A DNA stretch of 63,960 nucleotides, counting the filler, from Globobulimina sp. (lineage: Eukaryota), in NCBI GenBank assembly GCA_003354225.1. It is 25 parts of 25 records of this genome, joined end to end, with 100 filler letters (N's around TTAATTAATTAA, not from the genome) between each part and the next. Parts side by side here need not be neighbours in the genome. Positions count along the whole stretch, not along the records: positions 20,508 to 22,970 come from PIVH01006554.1; positions 23,071 to 25,533 come from PIVH01006555.1; positions 25,634 to 28,095 come from PIVH01006556.1; positions 28,196 to 30,657 come from PIVH01006557.1; positions 30,758 to 33,219 come from PIVH01006558.1; positions 33,320 to 35,781 come from PIVH01006559.1; 19 more parts are not named here. One strand, written 5' to 3'. Below are positions 22,742 through 35,881 of the stretch, piece after piece. Position 1 is the first letter of the stretch. Every line of letters begins with the position of its first letter. A model generated the notes under the pieces. It searched no databases. It was not told the DNA's origin and was given only the letters and a program-made list of their open reading frames with translations. The translations under genes were made by a program, and so were the position numbers.

Positions 22742-22970
22742 ATGATGCATTGTGTTGTTGCATATATTTTATTATCGTATGTGGCCTTTAGCCAACCATT
22801 AATGGATACGTCCAACGCAGAAACAGCAAGATATGCGCTTCAAAAAGTATTTGGTTATCTATCTGCTGATGATTTAGAACTGTTTGATGAGACCACAGCA
22901 GATTCCTTTTCGAGTGTAATGGATATGTTTGATGCATCATCATATATGGCAAGAAATGGCAGTTTGCCGG
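22742..22970 (+). CDS. Secreted hypothetical protein, 3' partial
   Basis: Signal-peptide-like start; frame open to contig end. Confidence 0.45.
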
Positions 22971-23070
22971 NNNNNNNNNNNNNNNNNNNNNNNNNNNNNN
23001 NNNNNNNNNNNNNNTTAATTAATTAANNNNNNNNNNNNNNNNNNNNNNNNNNNNNNNNNNNNNNNNNNNN

Positions 23071-25533
23071 CCATTTCCATTGCTTGTTTTAATATTATTT
23101 CACATGTTTTATAATCCTTTTTTACAATTCTTAAACAATTCGCATACACTGCTGAATACATTGCATAATAGTCCTTAGCACCCACAACATTCATATCTCT
23201 GCGCATCAGTTCCATTGCTTTACTATAATACACCATCGCTTGTTTATAATCTCGCAATGCTGTTTCATACAAATATCCATAATAATAGGTAATATTATGG
23301 AGCGGCACCGCTTTTGTCATATGTTCTGACGACATACGCATACATTCATCCATTAATAATTGCCATTCGACATGTTTCCCAATCAAACTATATGACTCTG
23401 CCACTTTTGTAACAATTACAAATCTAAATTGTGTGTTTTCTGATGAATCACGGAAGACTTTTAATGAATAGTTTTTACAAATTTCCATCATTTTATATGC
23501 TTTTTCATCGCGATGATGCAAGATTAAAAATTGTAAATACTGAAAATGAAAATCCATCCAACGACTTAACTTTTCTCCACTTTCCAGAGAATAATGCTGC
23601 AGTAAATAGTCATACATTAATTCAATTTCCTTTAAATCCCGTTTTGATTTCTTCATTTCATAAATATATATTTCCGCACGATGGCAAAATTCAGTTTCTT
23701 TTTTTTTGTCTTTTTCAATGAATACTTCATTAAAAAACAAAGAAATGCTTCTTTTGAATAATGCGTCTGAATGGTTAAAATCACCAAATTCTTTTTTTAA
23801 TTCAATCAAATTAATATCTCGATCGCTGTTTAATTGATGTAAAAGTATTGCATATCTAAAACAAACCCAATGATTATTATTATTTAAATCATACGCTGAC
23901 TTATAACTTTTTGCTGATTTCCATAAATCTCTTAATTCGTTTGCTAAAAATGCGCCATATTTGCTATATAATAACATCAACTCTTCCTCATTTTTTATTT
24001 CTTCATTTCTTTCAATCTCTTCCTCAAAAAACTTATCGGTGCCGCGTATTTTTTGAATTGCTTTTTTCAATGCTTCATATTCGTTTTTCTTCATTGCGAA
24101 CAATATTTCATTTCCATAATCCCGACTTTTCACATATTGTAATAATATTAAACCAATTTGAAAATGTATTAACGACAAATCATAGTTTATTAAACCGCCA
24201 TATTGATACAATACGAGTGAATAAATCAAATGTACTTCAAAATTATTTGGACATAAAACTAAAAACCATTCGCAAAAATATTTACACTCCAACCAACACT
24301 CCACAAGTTTCTCTTCTTTGGCTTTTTTGAGTAAAATGTGCAAGTAATTTATGCAGCGCGCCCCCAAAGAGGTTTTTTGTTCTTTGATTGTTTTTGGTGG
24401 CTCATTAAAAAATGTTAAGCCCACTTTCAAATCAATATGTACTTTAGCTTCAATTGCCAAATTATAATATTTTTTAATGTCATTAATTCTCGATGCAAAG
24501 TGATAACTTTGTTTCCATTCATACATAAAATAACCACATAATATTTTGACATCTGACGGGATTGACATGCAAATAACAATTCTAATATAGCCAAATACTA
24601 AAAGTTTTAACTTTGCAGAGATATCAAAATCTTCGTTTGCTGCGTCTTTCATATTGAATGGAAAAGCAATTTGTTTATCTTTTGCTGGATCTGAAAATCG
24701 CAACGAAATGATTTGTAGATATAAGGCATACGCGGAGTATACATTTCGTTGATTAATATTTAATTTGATTGCTAATTTCAAGCAATTTTCACCATTTATG
24801 ATATCTTTTTCATTTAATTTATGATGTCTCATAACAGATTGTGCATAAAAAATGTATAATTTGCTTAATACGTATTTATTATTGGTATGTTCCTCTTCAT
24901 TTTCTTTATTATCCACAGCCGGATCATCTTTATGCTTTTCGTAATTTATAATATAATCATTATATCTTTTAATCATTAAATTGATTCTGTTTTCCATCGA
25001 ATGTAATCTTTCCACATTCTTCAAAAATACAATATAATTTTCTTGAAACAGGAATTTTCTTTTTGCAGATTTATAACCAATTTGGTCCCAATCGTTTGCC
25101 ATAATTACACCAACATTGTCACCTAAACCACCATCACTTTCATTGTATTCAATTGCTTTCAAAAAATAATCGCTGGCTAAATCATAGTTTTTCATATTTT
25201 GTTCTAACATCAATGCATACGAATTACATAAAAAAGCAGCAGTTTGATCAGTTTCGAACCCATTATTTCTAATTAATATAGTTATGCCAAGTTTGAATTT
25301 ATTGCTGGCATCATCGAATTTCTTCAATGCTCTTAATAACCGGCCATAATTACATAATAAATTCGCATATATTTGAGCTCCAATAATGTCGTTATTTTTA
25401 TTATTGTCGGCATTATAAAGTTCCATAGCAATGTCGTACTGTTTCTGTGCTGCTTCACATTGTTTTAAGTCATGCAACGCCGCGCCATATTTAATCAAAG
25501 CAGCAAATTTTTTTGATATTAATGCATTTGTAA
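23071..25533 (-). CDS. TPR-repeat protein with internal GYIR module, partial at both ends
   Basis: Repeated NYG/YA..L...A...Y..A TPR pattern across about 820 aa. Confidence 0.8.
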
Positions 25534-25633
25534 NNNNNNNNNNNNNNNNNNNNNNNNNNNNNNNNNNNNNNNNNNNNTTAATTAATTAANNNNNNNNNNN
25601 NNNNNNNNNNNNNNNNNNNNNNNNNNNNNNNNN

Positions 25634-28095
25634 CACGCGATCAATTTGATGATGCAATTTATAATTTAGCCTTTCATATTGCTGGCCGCGATGCCACTCA
25701 ATTACCAGAACAGTTATTATTTGCCGTGAAAATCAATCAAATCGGTTGGAAAAATGCACATTCACTCGATCAACAATATATACATTATATCAGTCAACAT
25801 CAAATGGACGAGGAAGCAGACTTAGATGCTGCAGGTGATTATGACACAAGTGGTCATTTCGTATACGATTCAAATTACGTTACCCAGGCTCACCACCAAA
25901 TGGATTGGTTATTACGATACAATTGGTCCTTTCGCATATGGTGTGTCAAGAATATATTGTGGAGTTTACTGGATGTCTTAGCATTGGCCATCTCTGTGCC
26001 AGGCATTATACTGCGACCAGTGACGTGGTGGCGATGTTTGAAGGCACTGTGGAATGAACATTTGAAAGAACAGGTGTCGTGGGGCAATTTAGCAAAGATA
26101 TTTGCATCAAATATATTAAATGCGATATTTGGTATCATTGATGTTGTATTTTATGTGTTGTCTGCGTTTGTGTGTCTTACTGGAATAAGATTTATTCATT
26201 TTAAAAACAATTATCAGACTATGCGCCATGTCCATGATGCATTAGATGCAGAAAATGCGAGGAAACGGAAAAACTTAACATTAAAAAAGCAGGAATCAAA
26301 AGCAAAATTATCATTAACTCGCGATCGGCGGAATTCAGGCAAATTGAGTAAGGAAGTTGAGTATAAATCGTGTGTGGAGAGGTATTTTCTTTGGGTTTGC
26401 GGCTATAAATATTTATTGGATGCTGGCGACGATAATATTGATTTTAATGAAGGCTTAACTGTGCGCAATTTGGTCAGATATGATTTTACATTCAGATGGC
26501 AGTGCATTTTTAATGCTGGACGAGCTATATTTGATTGGTTTAATTTTATTGCAACATTCCCTGTGGTCTTGGTATTGTCACGAAGTTGGTCCTATGTTCA
26601 TATTCTAAGATATTTTAAAAACGATTATCTGAATGACGATTATTTGAAAATGTTTAAGTTTTTATGGTTGAATATTCTATTCAGTATCAATGATTTATGG
26701 ATATTACCAATGGGAGCATTGGCCTTCATATCTATCACCAGACATACTCGAATGAGGAAGGAATGGATGTCCTATTTTGCGCATACAGTATGTTTTCAAG
26801 ATGGAAAACAAGAGCCAGAGCCCAAAAAATATAAAATTGTGGTGGGTGATGCTGAAACCAAAGCGGACGAAATTGATACAGAATATGAAAAAGTAGCAAC
26901 CGCAGAACCTCTGACACCTCAAACACCAGTTACAACACTGGGATATGAGGAGGAAGAGGAAGAGAAAAAGGCAGTCGGTACCAGTGCTGTAGCAGTGTGC
27001 ATTGGTGATGATGATGTGGATGATGTTAAATCTGCATTGGTAGTACGACCCCCACCACATAGAAGACTAAAATCGATGGATGCATTATCTGCGGCTCATT
27101 GGTCAAATATAATAAAATATGATTTTAAATTTCGAATACAATGCGTTTTGCAATGCATATTAGGTATAATTGATTTAGTCATATTAGTGATATGTTTGCC
27201 ATGTTTATTAGCCGTACCCCGTTGTAAATCATACATCCGTTGTTATTTATTGTTAGCTCGAATAGATCGAGAGATGAAATTATATCATTTATTGCGCAGT
27301 ATAACTGATCCGTTTCTGTGGGCGGTGTTATTAATGAATTTAGGCACAGCAATCTTAGATTTTCTACTATTCCCATTGTTTTGTGTGGCATTGATCAGCC
27401 GACCATTCTCATCGTATAAAGTGTTAAAGAATTTGTCCAAAGCAAGAAAGCAACGGCATAAACGCATAGAGGATGAAGGCTTAGTGTATGATCCAAAATA
27501 TTCAGACTCGAATAGAGCAAAAGTAATGTGTTGGGATACCGCCATACGGAAGAAATTTGTAATGCTATCTATATTGGGCCCGATTGAATTAATCGGTGTT
27601 GCCTTTGCTTTATGCACGATATGGACACGTCCGTTTGCCTGGGCCCGCTGCGCAAAATTATTATGGAAACGAAGGAAATCTGGCTCTACGGATTTAAAGA
27701 AACATAAAACAATTTATATTGCAATGGGGTTAAATGCAGCCTGCTGTATATTTGATGCTATATTTACTATTCCAATCGCCATTATTGATTTTGTATTGAT
27801 ACCATTTGGAACTATTCATACCTTGGTAGCTTTTGCCTATATGATTTATAGTAATTCGCAGAAACCAACTAACAAACAATTGTTTGACGCTATTGAGGAT
27901 AATGATAAAATACTTAATGAGCTCATGGAGCAAAATAATGGTTCTCTCAGTAAACAAGAGCAAGATGCAAATAATGCATTTAACAAGAAAGTAATTGTCA
28001 ATCTGTTACGTTTTGATGTAAAATTCCGGAAATATTTAGGTTTGACGCTGATTTTAGCGGTCTTTGATTTGATTGTGTTTCTGTTAACGTTGCCC
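25634..28095 (+). CDS. Large repetitive multi-pass membrane protein, partial
   Basis: About nine hydrophobic units with an intramembrane D/E; YDFxFR recurs. Confidence 0.7.
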
Positions 28096-28326
28096 NNNNN
28101 NNNNNNNNNNNNNNNNNNNNNNNNNNNNNNNNNNNNNNNTTAATTAATTAANNNNNNNNNNNNNNNNNNNNNNNNNNNNNNNNNNNNNNNNNNNNAAAGG
28201 GAGAGACGTTGAAGGCACTGTCGTAGAGAACAGTTATACGAGCAAAGCAAATTCTATTTTGAAAGGAAAAAAACCTTAGTTCTGAATTATACAGTTTTTT
28301 TGTTGTTGTTGCAAAATAATTAAACA

Positions 28327-29325
28327 ATGAGCACAGATAAAACCACCCCGTTTGTCGGTCACAAAACAGAACTTAAACCAGTTGGATTTGAAGAAATGTT
28401 GGAACAATGTCGATATGCTTGCTGTTGTTGTTATTTTTGTTGTAAATGGTTGTTAAAATGTAGATGCAGAGATAGTATTCCTTTGTTTTTGACATTACTC
28501 TGGATGATGAATGCCAGCATTTGGATTTTATATACATCAAAATTGATTTTAATTCCATTTAACTTCCCATCGTTGTATATTAATATTACCATTGTAATGG
28601 CATCGCTCTTTTCCATTTTATCACTATCAAACGTAATGATTGTATTGTACAAACATCCTGGACCAATTCACAAAAAATGGAAACATTGGAATGGTGAATT
28701 TAACACAAAACCATTAATGCCGATCCATTGTCGAACAAATATTGATGCACACAATTGCAATATAACGGATATGGAAATGGAGGATTGTCCGTTAAATAAC
28801 GAGACTGTGAATGAGAATGATGGCAGATATTGTAAAATATGCCAACAGTATAAACCGCCGCGTACTCATCATTGTACGCAATGTAATATTTGCATTGATC
28901 GTATCGATCATCATTGTGTTTGGTTAAATCAATGCATTGGATATAACAATCATCGCTATTTCATACAATTTCTAAATTATTATTTCTGCTTAACACTGTG
29001 GATCATACCATATGTGTTTATATTGTTTATTATAATGATTTATAAAACGGTTGGAAAATTATCATTGATTATGGAGTTAGAATGGATGATGGTATTTTTA
29101 TGGAATGCTCTATTGCTTTCGGGTGGGTTGTTTATATTATTTATGACCACACAGTTATTGAGGAGACAATATTTTTTATTGTCAACTGATACTACATTTA
29201 TTGAATTTATTTATGATAAAAAAATAACGCATGGTCAATATTCAAAAGGCACAAAATATAAAAACTTGAAATTTTACTTGTGTAATCCGACAATTCTCCA
29301 TTTTTTACTGCCAATAAAAAAATGA
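28327..29325 (+). CDS. DHHC palmitoyltransferase
   Basis: CKICQQYKPPRTHHCTQCNICIDRIDHHCVWLNQCIG; four TM segments; TTFIE. Confidence 0.96.
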   Translation: MSTDKTTPFVGHKTELKPVGFEEMLEQCRYACCCCYFCCKWLLKCRCRDSIPLFLTLLWMMNASIWILYTSKLILIPFNFPSLYINITIVMASLFSILSLSNVMIVLYKHPGPIHKKWKHWNGEFNTKPLMPIHCRTNIDAHNCNITDMEMEDCPLNNETVNENDGRYCKICQQYKPPRTHHCTQCNICIDRIDHHCVWLNQCIGYNNHRYFIQFLNYYFCLTLWIIPYVFILFIIMIYKTVGKLSLIMELEWMMVFLWNALLLSGGLFILFMTTQLLRRQYFLLSTDTTFIEFIYDKKITHGQYSKGTKYKNLKFYLCNPTILHFLLPIKK

Positions 29326-29548
29326 GCTGTGAATTGTCAAATGCATAGTATTTTGATTTTACATCTCTAAAAAAACTACACTTCTTCACCAACTCCAAAT
29401 TAACGTCTTTCCCCTCTTCTATTCTTCATTAATTCCTCAAATTAACAAATCAAGAACAATGTGTATGTAACCATTTAATACATGATTTAATGACAGTGAA
29501 TCCATACATAACTATACTCTCCAAACAGCCGTGCAAATATCAATTCGA

Positions 29549-30657
29549 ATGAGCACAAAGGTACTACGCATCACACGGATAAGATTCAATCCAAACGTGC
29601 ACACCGTGTTTGATGTAAAGAAAGCATTTTGTGATGAACATGACAACAGTAAAACACCTGACAAATTAATATTACGTAGAAAGGGCAAAGAATTGAAACC
29701 AGATACTGCCAAGTTATCAGCCGTCAGTGTCCGAGGCCGTATAGTACTGTTAACAATGTCATCTAAATTAATTGGCGGTGCTCTATATATCCCCAATGCA
29801 AACAATGTATTAAACACCAAAAGAAACCGAAATTTAAACACATCCGATCCAGAAATTAAAATTACCCGCAATGCTGACTGTGTTTATGGTGACAAAATTG
29901 GGCAAAATAAAGCGCAAATGCCTTGTGGTCACGCATATTGCCCAGAAACTATGTTCCAAGCACTAAAAAGTTATGTGATTTGCTATGTGGTGATATATTC
30001 ATATCTTATCTGCGAAATTGCGCTATATAGATTTAATAAGAAAAAACCAATATGATTACGACCCAAAATGCTCAATTTGTGGCAAACTTTTTGATTTTGA
30101 GTTATGTGCCAAAGTCGCAGACTTAAATGATGGCGAATACTTATATTTTCTTCAAGAAATTGAAAAACGATCCTCCCCCGAAATGAAACCTTGTCCAACA
30201 TGTCATTTTGACTGCGAAAGACCTGCATCTTTGAAGAAATTTCGTGTGAATTGCACATCGTGCAGTGGTGGTATGTTATTTGTCTATATTTCTATGTCAA
30301 TAATTGCGAATTTGCGGATATAAAATGTGTGCGCTGTGCAGGTGATTGGTGCTTTATATGTGGTGGCAAATGGATAGGTGGCGGATTCAGTGTATGTGGG
30401 AATAGTAGCTGTCATTCGGCGGATATTAATACAATTTTACGAGAGTGTGCGTTAAAAAAAACAACGTATGGAACTGGTGATAAAATGGTGGAGGTGCCTG
30501 AAATGAGAGCGTGTCCAAATTGTTTGGAATTTATAGATCACGCAGACGCCTGTAAACACATGAAATGTGAGAATTGTTCGCATAATTTTTGTTTTTCATG
30601 TTTGAAGGGACAGGTAAATGGCAGTTGGCAATGTTCATCATATCGGGTACAATGTAC
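29549..30657 (+). CDS. RBR E3 ligase (Ubl-like + RING1-IBR-RING2), 3 exons, 3' partial
   Basis: Introns 29970-30030 and 30271-30341; CPNC..I....ACKHMKC..C.HNFCFSC RING2 with catalytic-position Cys. Confidence 0.85.
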
Positions 30658-31019
30658 NNNNNNNNNNNNNNNNNNNNNNNNNNNNNNNNNNNNNNNNNNN
30701 NTTAATTAATTAANNNNNNNNNNNNNNNNNNNNNNNNNNNNNNNNNNNNNNNNNNNNCGAGTTTGCCTGCAAAATGATGGAATTACAGGGATAGACCACG
30801 CGCGGTATCACGGTGATGGTCTGTGTCAATTGGAACTGCGTCTTCATTTTGATGCTTTTGGGCGGATTACGCAACGAAATGGTCGCCACAATATTCACCA
30901 AACCGACAGAATGCGCCGCCAATCGCACCGATAAACCCGTACAGACGCTGTTTCTTTCCTTCTTGATTTACGCCGTTTATCACAGGACAATGACATAAAA
31001 TCACATCGCCAGCGTCGCC

Positions 31020-33010
31020 ATTGTTCGCTAATACATTTTCCAAATCGGATAGTTTTACTAATTCCATTTGGTTCCAGTGCAATGAAGGAAAGTATTTGTA
31101 ACAATCATTATATTCATAATAACAACACCGCGGACAGATAAATTTCAATCTTTTCGAATTAAAAAACTTTCTCATTTGTTTATCGTCCAACATAATACAT
31201 TCCGCATGATACCATTCGGCGCATTCTTCACAACCAATCATTTCCGGAATTGGCTCATTCTTTTCTTTCATAGAAACGGTATACGTAAATCTACAAAAAC
31301 AATAACAATGATTGCCAGCATTCAATCGATATTTATCCATTTGGATTATCCCATTGTTGCAATACATGATATTAAATTGCATAAAGGTGAAATTTATCCA
31401 TTTAACTAAGTCGCATTTATCACCATGCGGGCGATCCCAATATAAATTGTCTAATTTAGTCAATATATTTTCCATATAAACATCTGTGGATTTAATGGAG
31501 TTAAAATGCGGAATACTGTCGACATTGAGGCATTGTGCTAATAAACCCATTTCTGATGATAATATTTCTAAGTTGGAATAGCTTAAAATGGAAGAAATGA
31601 AATTCTTGTCATAAAAATCTGAAAATATTTCTATTCGCTCACTAATTTTTGCGATTTGCGAGATTGCGACATCCAAATTATTCATATATTTGTTATCAAT
31701 GCAATGTTGAATAATATTGACAACATTTAGGTCATTTTGCTTATTTTGTATTTTTTCGTTTAATAATAATAACATTTTACAATCAGCATTCCCCGAAACA
31801 AATAAATCCAAACAAACTGAGTCAAATAATGATAAATCCTCATATATTGCGCTTATTTTTAGCCATTCTTTATTATCGTTATTTAATCCCAATCTATTTC
31901 CTTCTGAAAATAATTTAGCTAAATCCCAATCTGACTCATTATTATTTATCCCATTTAGATAATGCATTGCGTGCCATCTCCAATGCAATGTATTAATTTT
32001 AAATTCAATCAATGTGTTACTTAATACCTGTACACGTTGGACATTTTCTTTTATTTTGATAATTTCGTCCAAATTAATGTCAATTAATACATTGACATCT
32101 TCGTTTATTTTATTTATGAATCGATTACATTCAATCATACATTCTCGAATATTATTTAACATTAATTTTGCGGTATTTTCTAACGGTGATTTTGCTGCGA
32201 TTAACAAGGATTTTTCTAACAACTCCTGTATGGAATCAATAATATCATTTTCATCCTGTCTTTGTGTTAATATTTGATTTTGTTTATAATCAAAACAATA
32301 TCCATTCATTGCTGTCTTCCACCAAAACGTATTTGTGTTGTTTGAATCGTTTTGTTTGCGTCGTTTATATGCTCCATTTAAATATTTATTTTCCTGATTC
32401 AAATCATGATTTTCATCAAATTCGGAATAGGTTCGTTTTCGGCCATTTTTATTATTATTATTAGTATTTTTTGACAGTAATTTAGATATTTTATTTTGTA
32501 AATATGTCTCCCATTCTTCAATATTAATGGCAACGATGTGTTGTTGAATTTGCATTAATTTGTGATTTGCGTCAATATCAATGTGTAAATCCTGTGCTGT
32601 TTGAATCAATCTGTTATATTGACTCAAATCGTATGTTTTATCTTTATTTTGTATGCAAACAAACTGATCCTCGCATTGTGCATAAACACTTTGTAATTTA
32701 TCCAATCTCTCAGTAAACAAATCAATCAATTTTACCGTCTTTTTGATGTTAAAATGTTTTCCATTCTCAATAAGCTGCGCCAACTGCTCTATATTATGAT
32801 TATTATATTTTAATTGTGTTTCGACCGAATTAATCCACGACGAAATCCCGACATATTGCAATAATAATCCATATTCCTTCGGTGTATCATTCATAATTTC
32901 AGCATATTCCTCAAACTCAATAAGTAAGTCATGACATTGCGACACGTTTCCATCCAACAGCGCTTTTGCATTATTTATCCATTTCCTTATCGGTGACAAA
33001 AATTTAATTT
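31020..33010 (-). CDS. PHD-finger chromatin protein (KDM5 PLU-1-like helical region + PHD), partial; ends approximate
   Basis: CYCFCR...MIGCEECAEWYHAECI...FICPRC; flanked by GC-richer unrelated sequence. Confidence 0.7.
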
Positions 33011-33013
33011 TCA

Positions 33014-33219
33014 AAATATCGTCGATGACGCTCCAAATCCCACCATTCGCAGTCTTCTAAACGCAGATCGCTCAAGTCTGCGAATACAAATGCTTTCGGA
33101 CTCAGATCGCGAGCTTTTGCGGCGGATTCGTACATTTATCGGCCAATGCCCAGCAATGCCGCAGTTGTGGCACGGCGCGTTTTTGTCGAATAAAACCTCT
33201 TCGCGCAAGATCGTGAAAT
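33014..33219 (-). pseudogene. Degenerate fragment of a 5'-3' exoribonuclease (XRN2-like)
   Basis: FTILREEV...CHNCGIAGH zinc knuckle, then KAFVF and WDLER/IDD in shifting frames. Confidence 0.6.
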
Positions 33220-33319
33220 NNNNNNNNNNNNNNNNNNNNNNNNNNNNNNNNNNNNNNNNNNNNTTAATTAATTAANNNNNNNNNNNNNNNNNNNNNNNNN
33301 NNNNNNNNNNNNNNNNNNN

Positions 33320-33549
33320 TAATTCAGTGCCATTTCATTCGTTCAGCAACGATATCAAGGTTTTCAACTCAATTAAAAACTTAATGTGCTACAAAATATG
33401 TAAGTAATTGTTTATTATGTCATTTTACATATAAATACGTTGATATAATTCAGTATTTATTCGTTTAGTCTGTTAAATATTGATTGTAGACGGATAAAAT
33501 CCACTGAATTATCGATTTTACTTTCTTTTCACTTAAATGCACTAACTCT
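33320..33549 (+). mobile_element. MITE, near complete (right TIR 33502-33549)
   Basis: Begins inside the left TIR; homologous to 1-56 and 61262-61399; non-coding. Confidence 0.8.
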
Positions 33550-34156
33550 ATTCAATGTCTGTTGAATTGGACGCTGTTTTAAACGTTTGATGTAATTTAA
33601 TGATGAACATCCAGGCCAATACTTGACAGGTTATTAAAATAAGGATTATCATAAAAGCACTCCAACCCAATATTAACTGTGAAGAGACTGATTGACTGAC
33701 ATAGGCAGCAAAATAAATGCCACCTAAACTTAAGCTGACAATCCAATCAATATAAACTGTGATGAAACAACATTTGGAGATGGACTGTGTGGTATCTTTA
33801 AATATAGATTTTAATCGTAAATATAATAAAACTTCAAACCAAAAAAAGTGCATTCCATAGGATATAAATAACAATGTAAAGGATGGTACATATAATGGAC
33901 TGTTTATGCAGCCTGCAATTGAGGAGGTGATGCGGGAGATTCCAAATGTAAATGAAAAGAAATAAAACATATAATATGAATACAATAACGTTTTTGAAAA
34001 TTTTGATAAATGTCTGGGTTTGCTTTCGCTTACTTGGTACAATTGCGATACTTGTCTGCATGATATAAAACATAATGCAGTTTGAAGAAATCCCATAATC
34101 AAATATGTTGAAATAATTAGCATCCGACCCGCATCACGGTTTTTACAAAGTGCCAT
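33548..34156 (-). pseudogene. 7TM/GPCR-like gene truncated after about TM5 by the MITE
   Basis: Five TM helices with LYLRL..IF and MFIIKL; TAG stop spans the MITE junction. Confidence 0.6.
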
Positions 34157-34445
34157 GATGGTTTACTTCGGTATTAGATTATAAAAACAGCTTAAATATC
34201 TTTGTTCCCGAACGTTTCTCATCAAACGTTTTTCAATGGAAACGTTCCTCATCAAACGTTCGATGAGAAACGCACCGCTCTTTTCATTTATTATTAAATA
34301 ATGTGTTACATAAAATCTTGTGTACAAGTTCAATTTTGTTTCTCTTTCAGCTGTATTTAAATATTTTTTGCTGTAGTTAAAATTATGAATATAATTAGGT
34401 AATTGATTATGAATAAATCAAAAACTATTGCTTATACTAACTAAA

Positions 34446-35434
34446 ATGTTATTGATTTTAATAATATTATTAGTCAGCTTATTCTGTCAAGTAGCGACTG
34501 ATAAATTAACAGACTATTGCAATTTGCTCGGTGTTGACAAAGATTTCACAGAATATGGAATTAGAAAAGAATTTAGAGCAAAATCAAAACTGTATCATCC
34601 TGACGTGTGAACTCCATTATATTTAGTAGTGCGAGTGTTTACATAATACATAATCACACAGAAAAATCCAGCCGATCCTAAAGAAGCAGTGAAAAAAATG
34701 AATGAATTGGTGGATGCTTGCGACTTTTTACTGGGCAAAAATGTTGATCCAACAGACAGTGAAGCTGATCATCAACACACTAAGATATTTCTCAGAAAAA
34801 TGCAAAAATCCATTGACGAAACAGAACAATATGTCAAAGAAGGTCGTGCGTGGTCAAAAGCATTTAAAGAAAAGCATTTAAAGAAAAAAAGCAATCAGTC
34901 TAATAAAACAGAAGAAACCAGAAGACAATACTTTGAAGAAGAAGTTGTTCAGAATTATACAGATGACATCAACAGATTGAAAAAACAGATCGAATTCGCA
35001 TTAGAGCAATTAGACGCATTCGATGTCGATATCAATAAATATTTAATGAGCTTGAGAAAGTTCAATAATATTGAACAGTATGAAGGAAATTCGAGAAAAA
35101 TACTGATTGTGATGGTTCTACTTACTATAGTATTTCTTGCATCTCATTACTTGAATAATGAATTTCAAAAAAGTATGTTTTATTTTTCTGGTATTTGGTT
35201 ACAAAATTCATGTTTTTCTAATTAGATACCATGAAGAAGGAGATCGATAATTTATTAAAACAAAATGTCTATACAATCAAAATTAGCGAATTACGTCGCT
35301 TAATCCGTCGGTATTACTCTGTGTTAGGTGATATCAAGACATCTGGTAAAGGCAGAACAAAATTTAATATCATCAAAGAATTAAAACAAGTAACACTCGA
35401 GCTCAACATATCACACGCAAGCTCAACAGTATAG
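34446..35434 (+). CDS. Signal peptide + J-domain (DnaJ) protein with C-terminal TM, 3 exons
   Basis: DY..LLGV...IRKEFR..SKLYHPD|KNP; introns 34605-34661 and 35173-35225. Confidence 0.8.
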
Positions 35435-35881
35435 TTGAACACTAATCATTTCGTGTATTAGTTAGACAGAATATTTTTGTTGTTGTATATAAGGGAATGT
35501 TGGTAAATGAGGTAATTAAAATTGAATCCTAGGCGAGGATACAAAAATGACCTCATCCTCTTTAATTACGTCTTTCCCTTAACATCTCAAGGTCATATTT
35601 GTACCAATAATTCAATTAATTTTCCAGCCTATTTTTTTTTTGATATGTTGTTTGCAAAGTGAAAGATGTTACAATATTATAAAATGTTACAATTTGAAAA
35701 CTCTGAAACCTCACTGAAATCAGTACATCATCCAAATTCAAGAATGTCAGCAGTTGAAGCAGTACAAACTGATATCAATCANNNNNNNNNNNNNNNNNNN
35801 NNNNNNNNNNNNNNNNNNNNNNNNNTTAATTAATTAANNNNNNNNNNNNNNNNNNNNNNNNNNNNNNNNNNNNNNNNNNNN

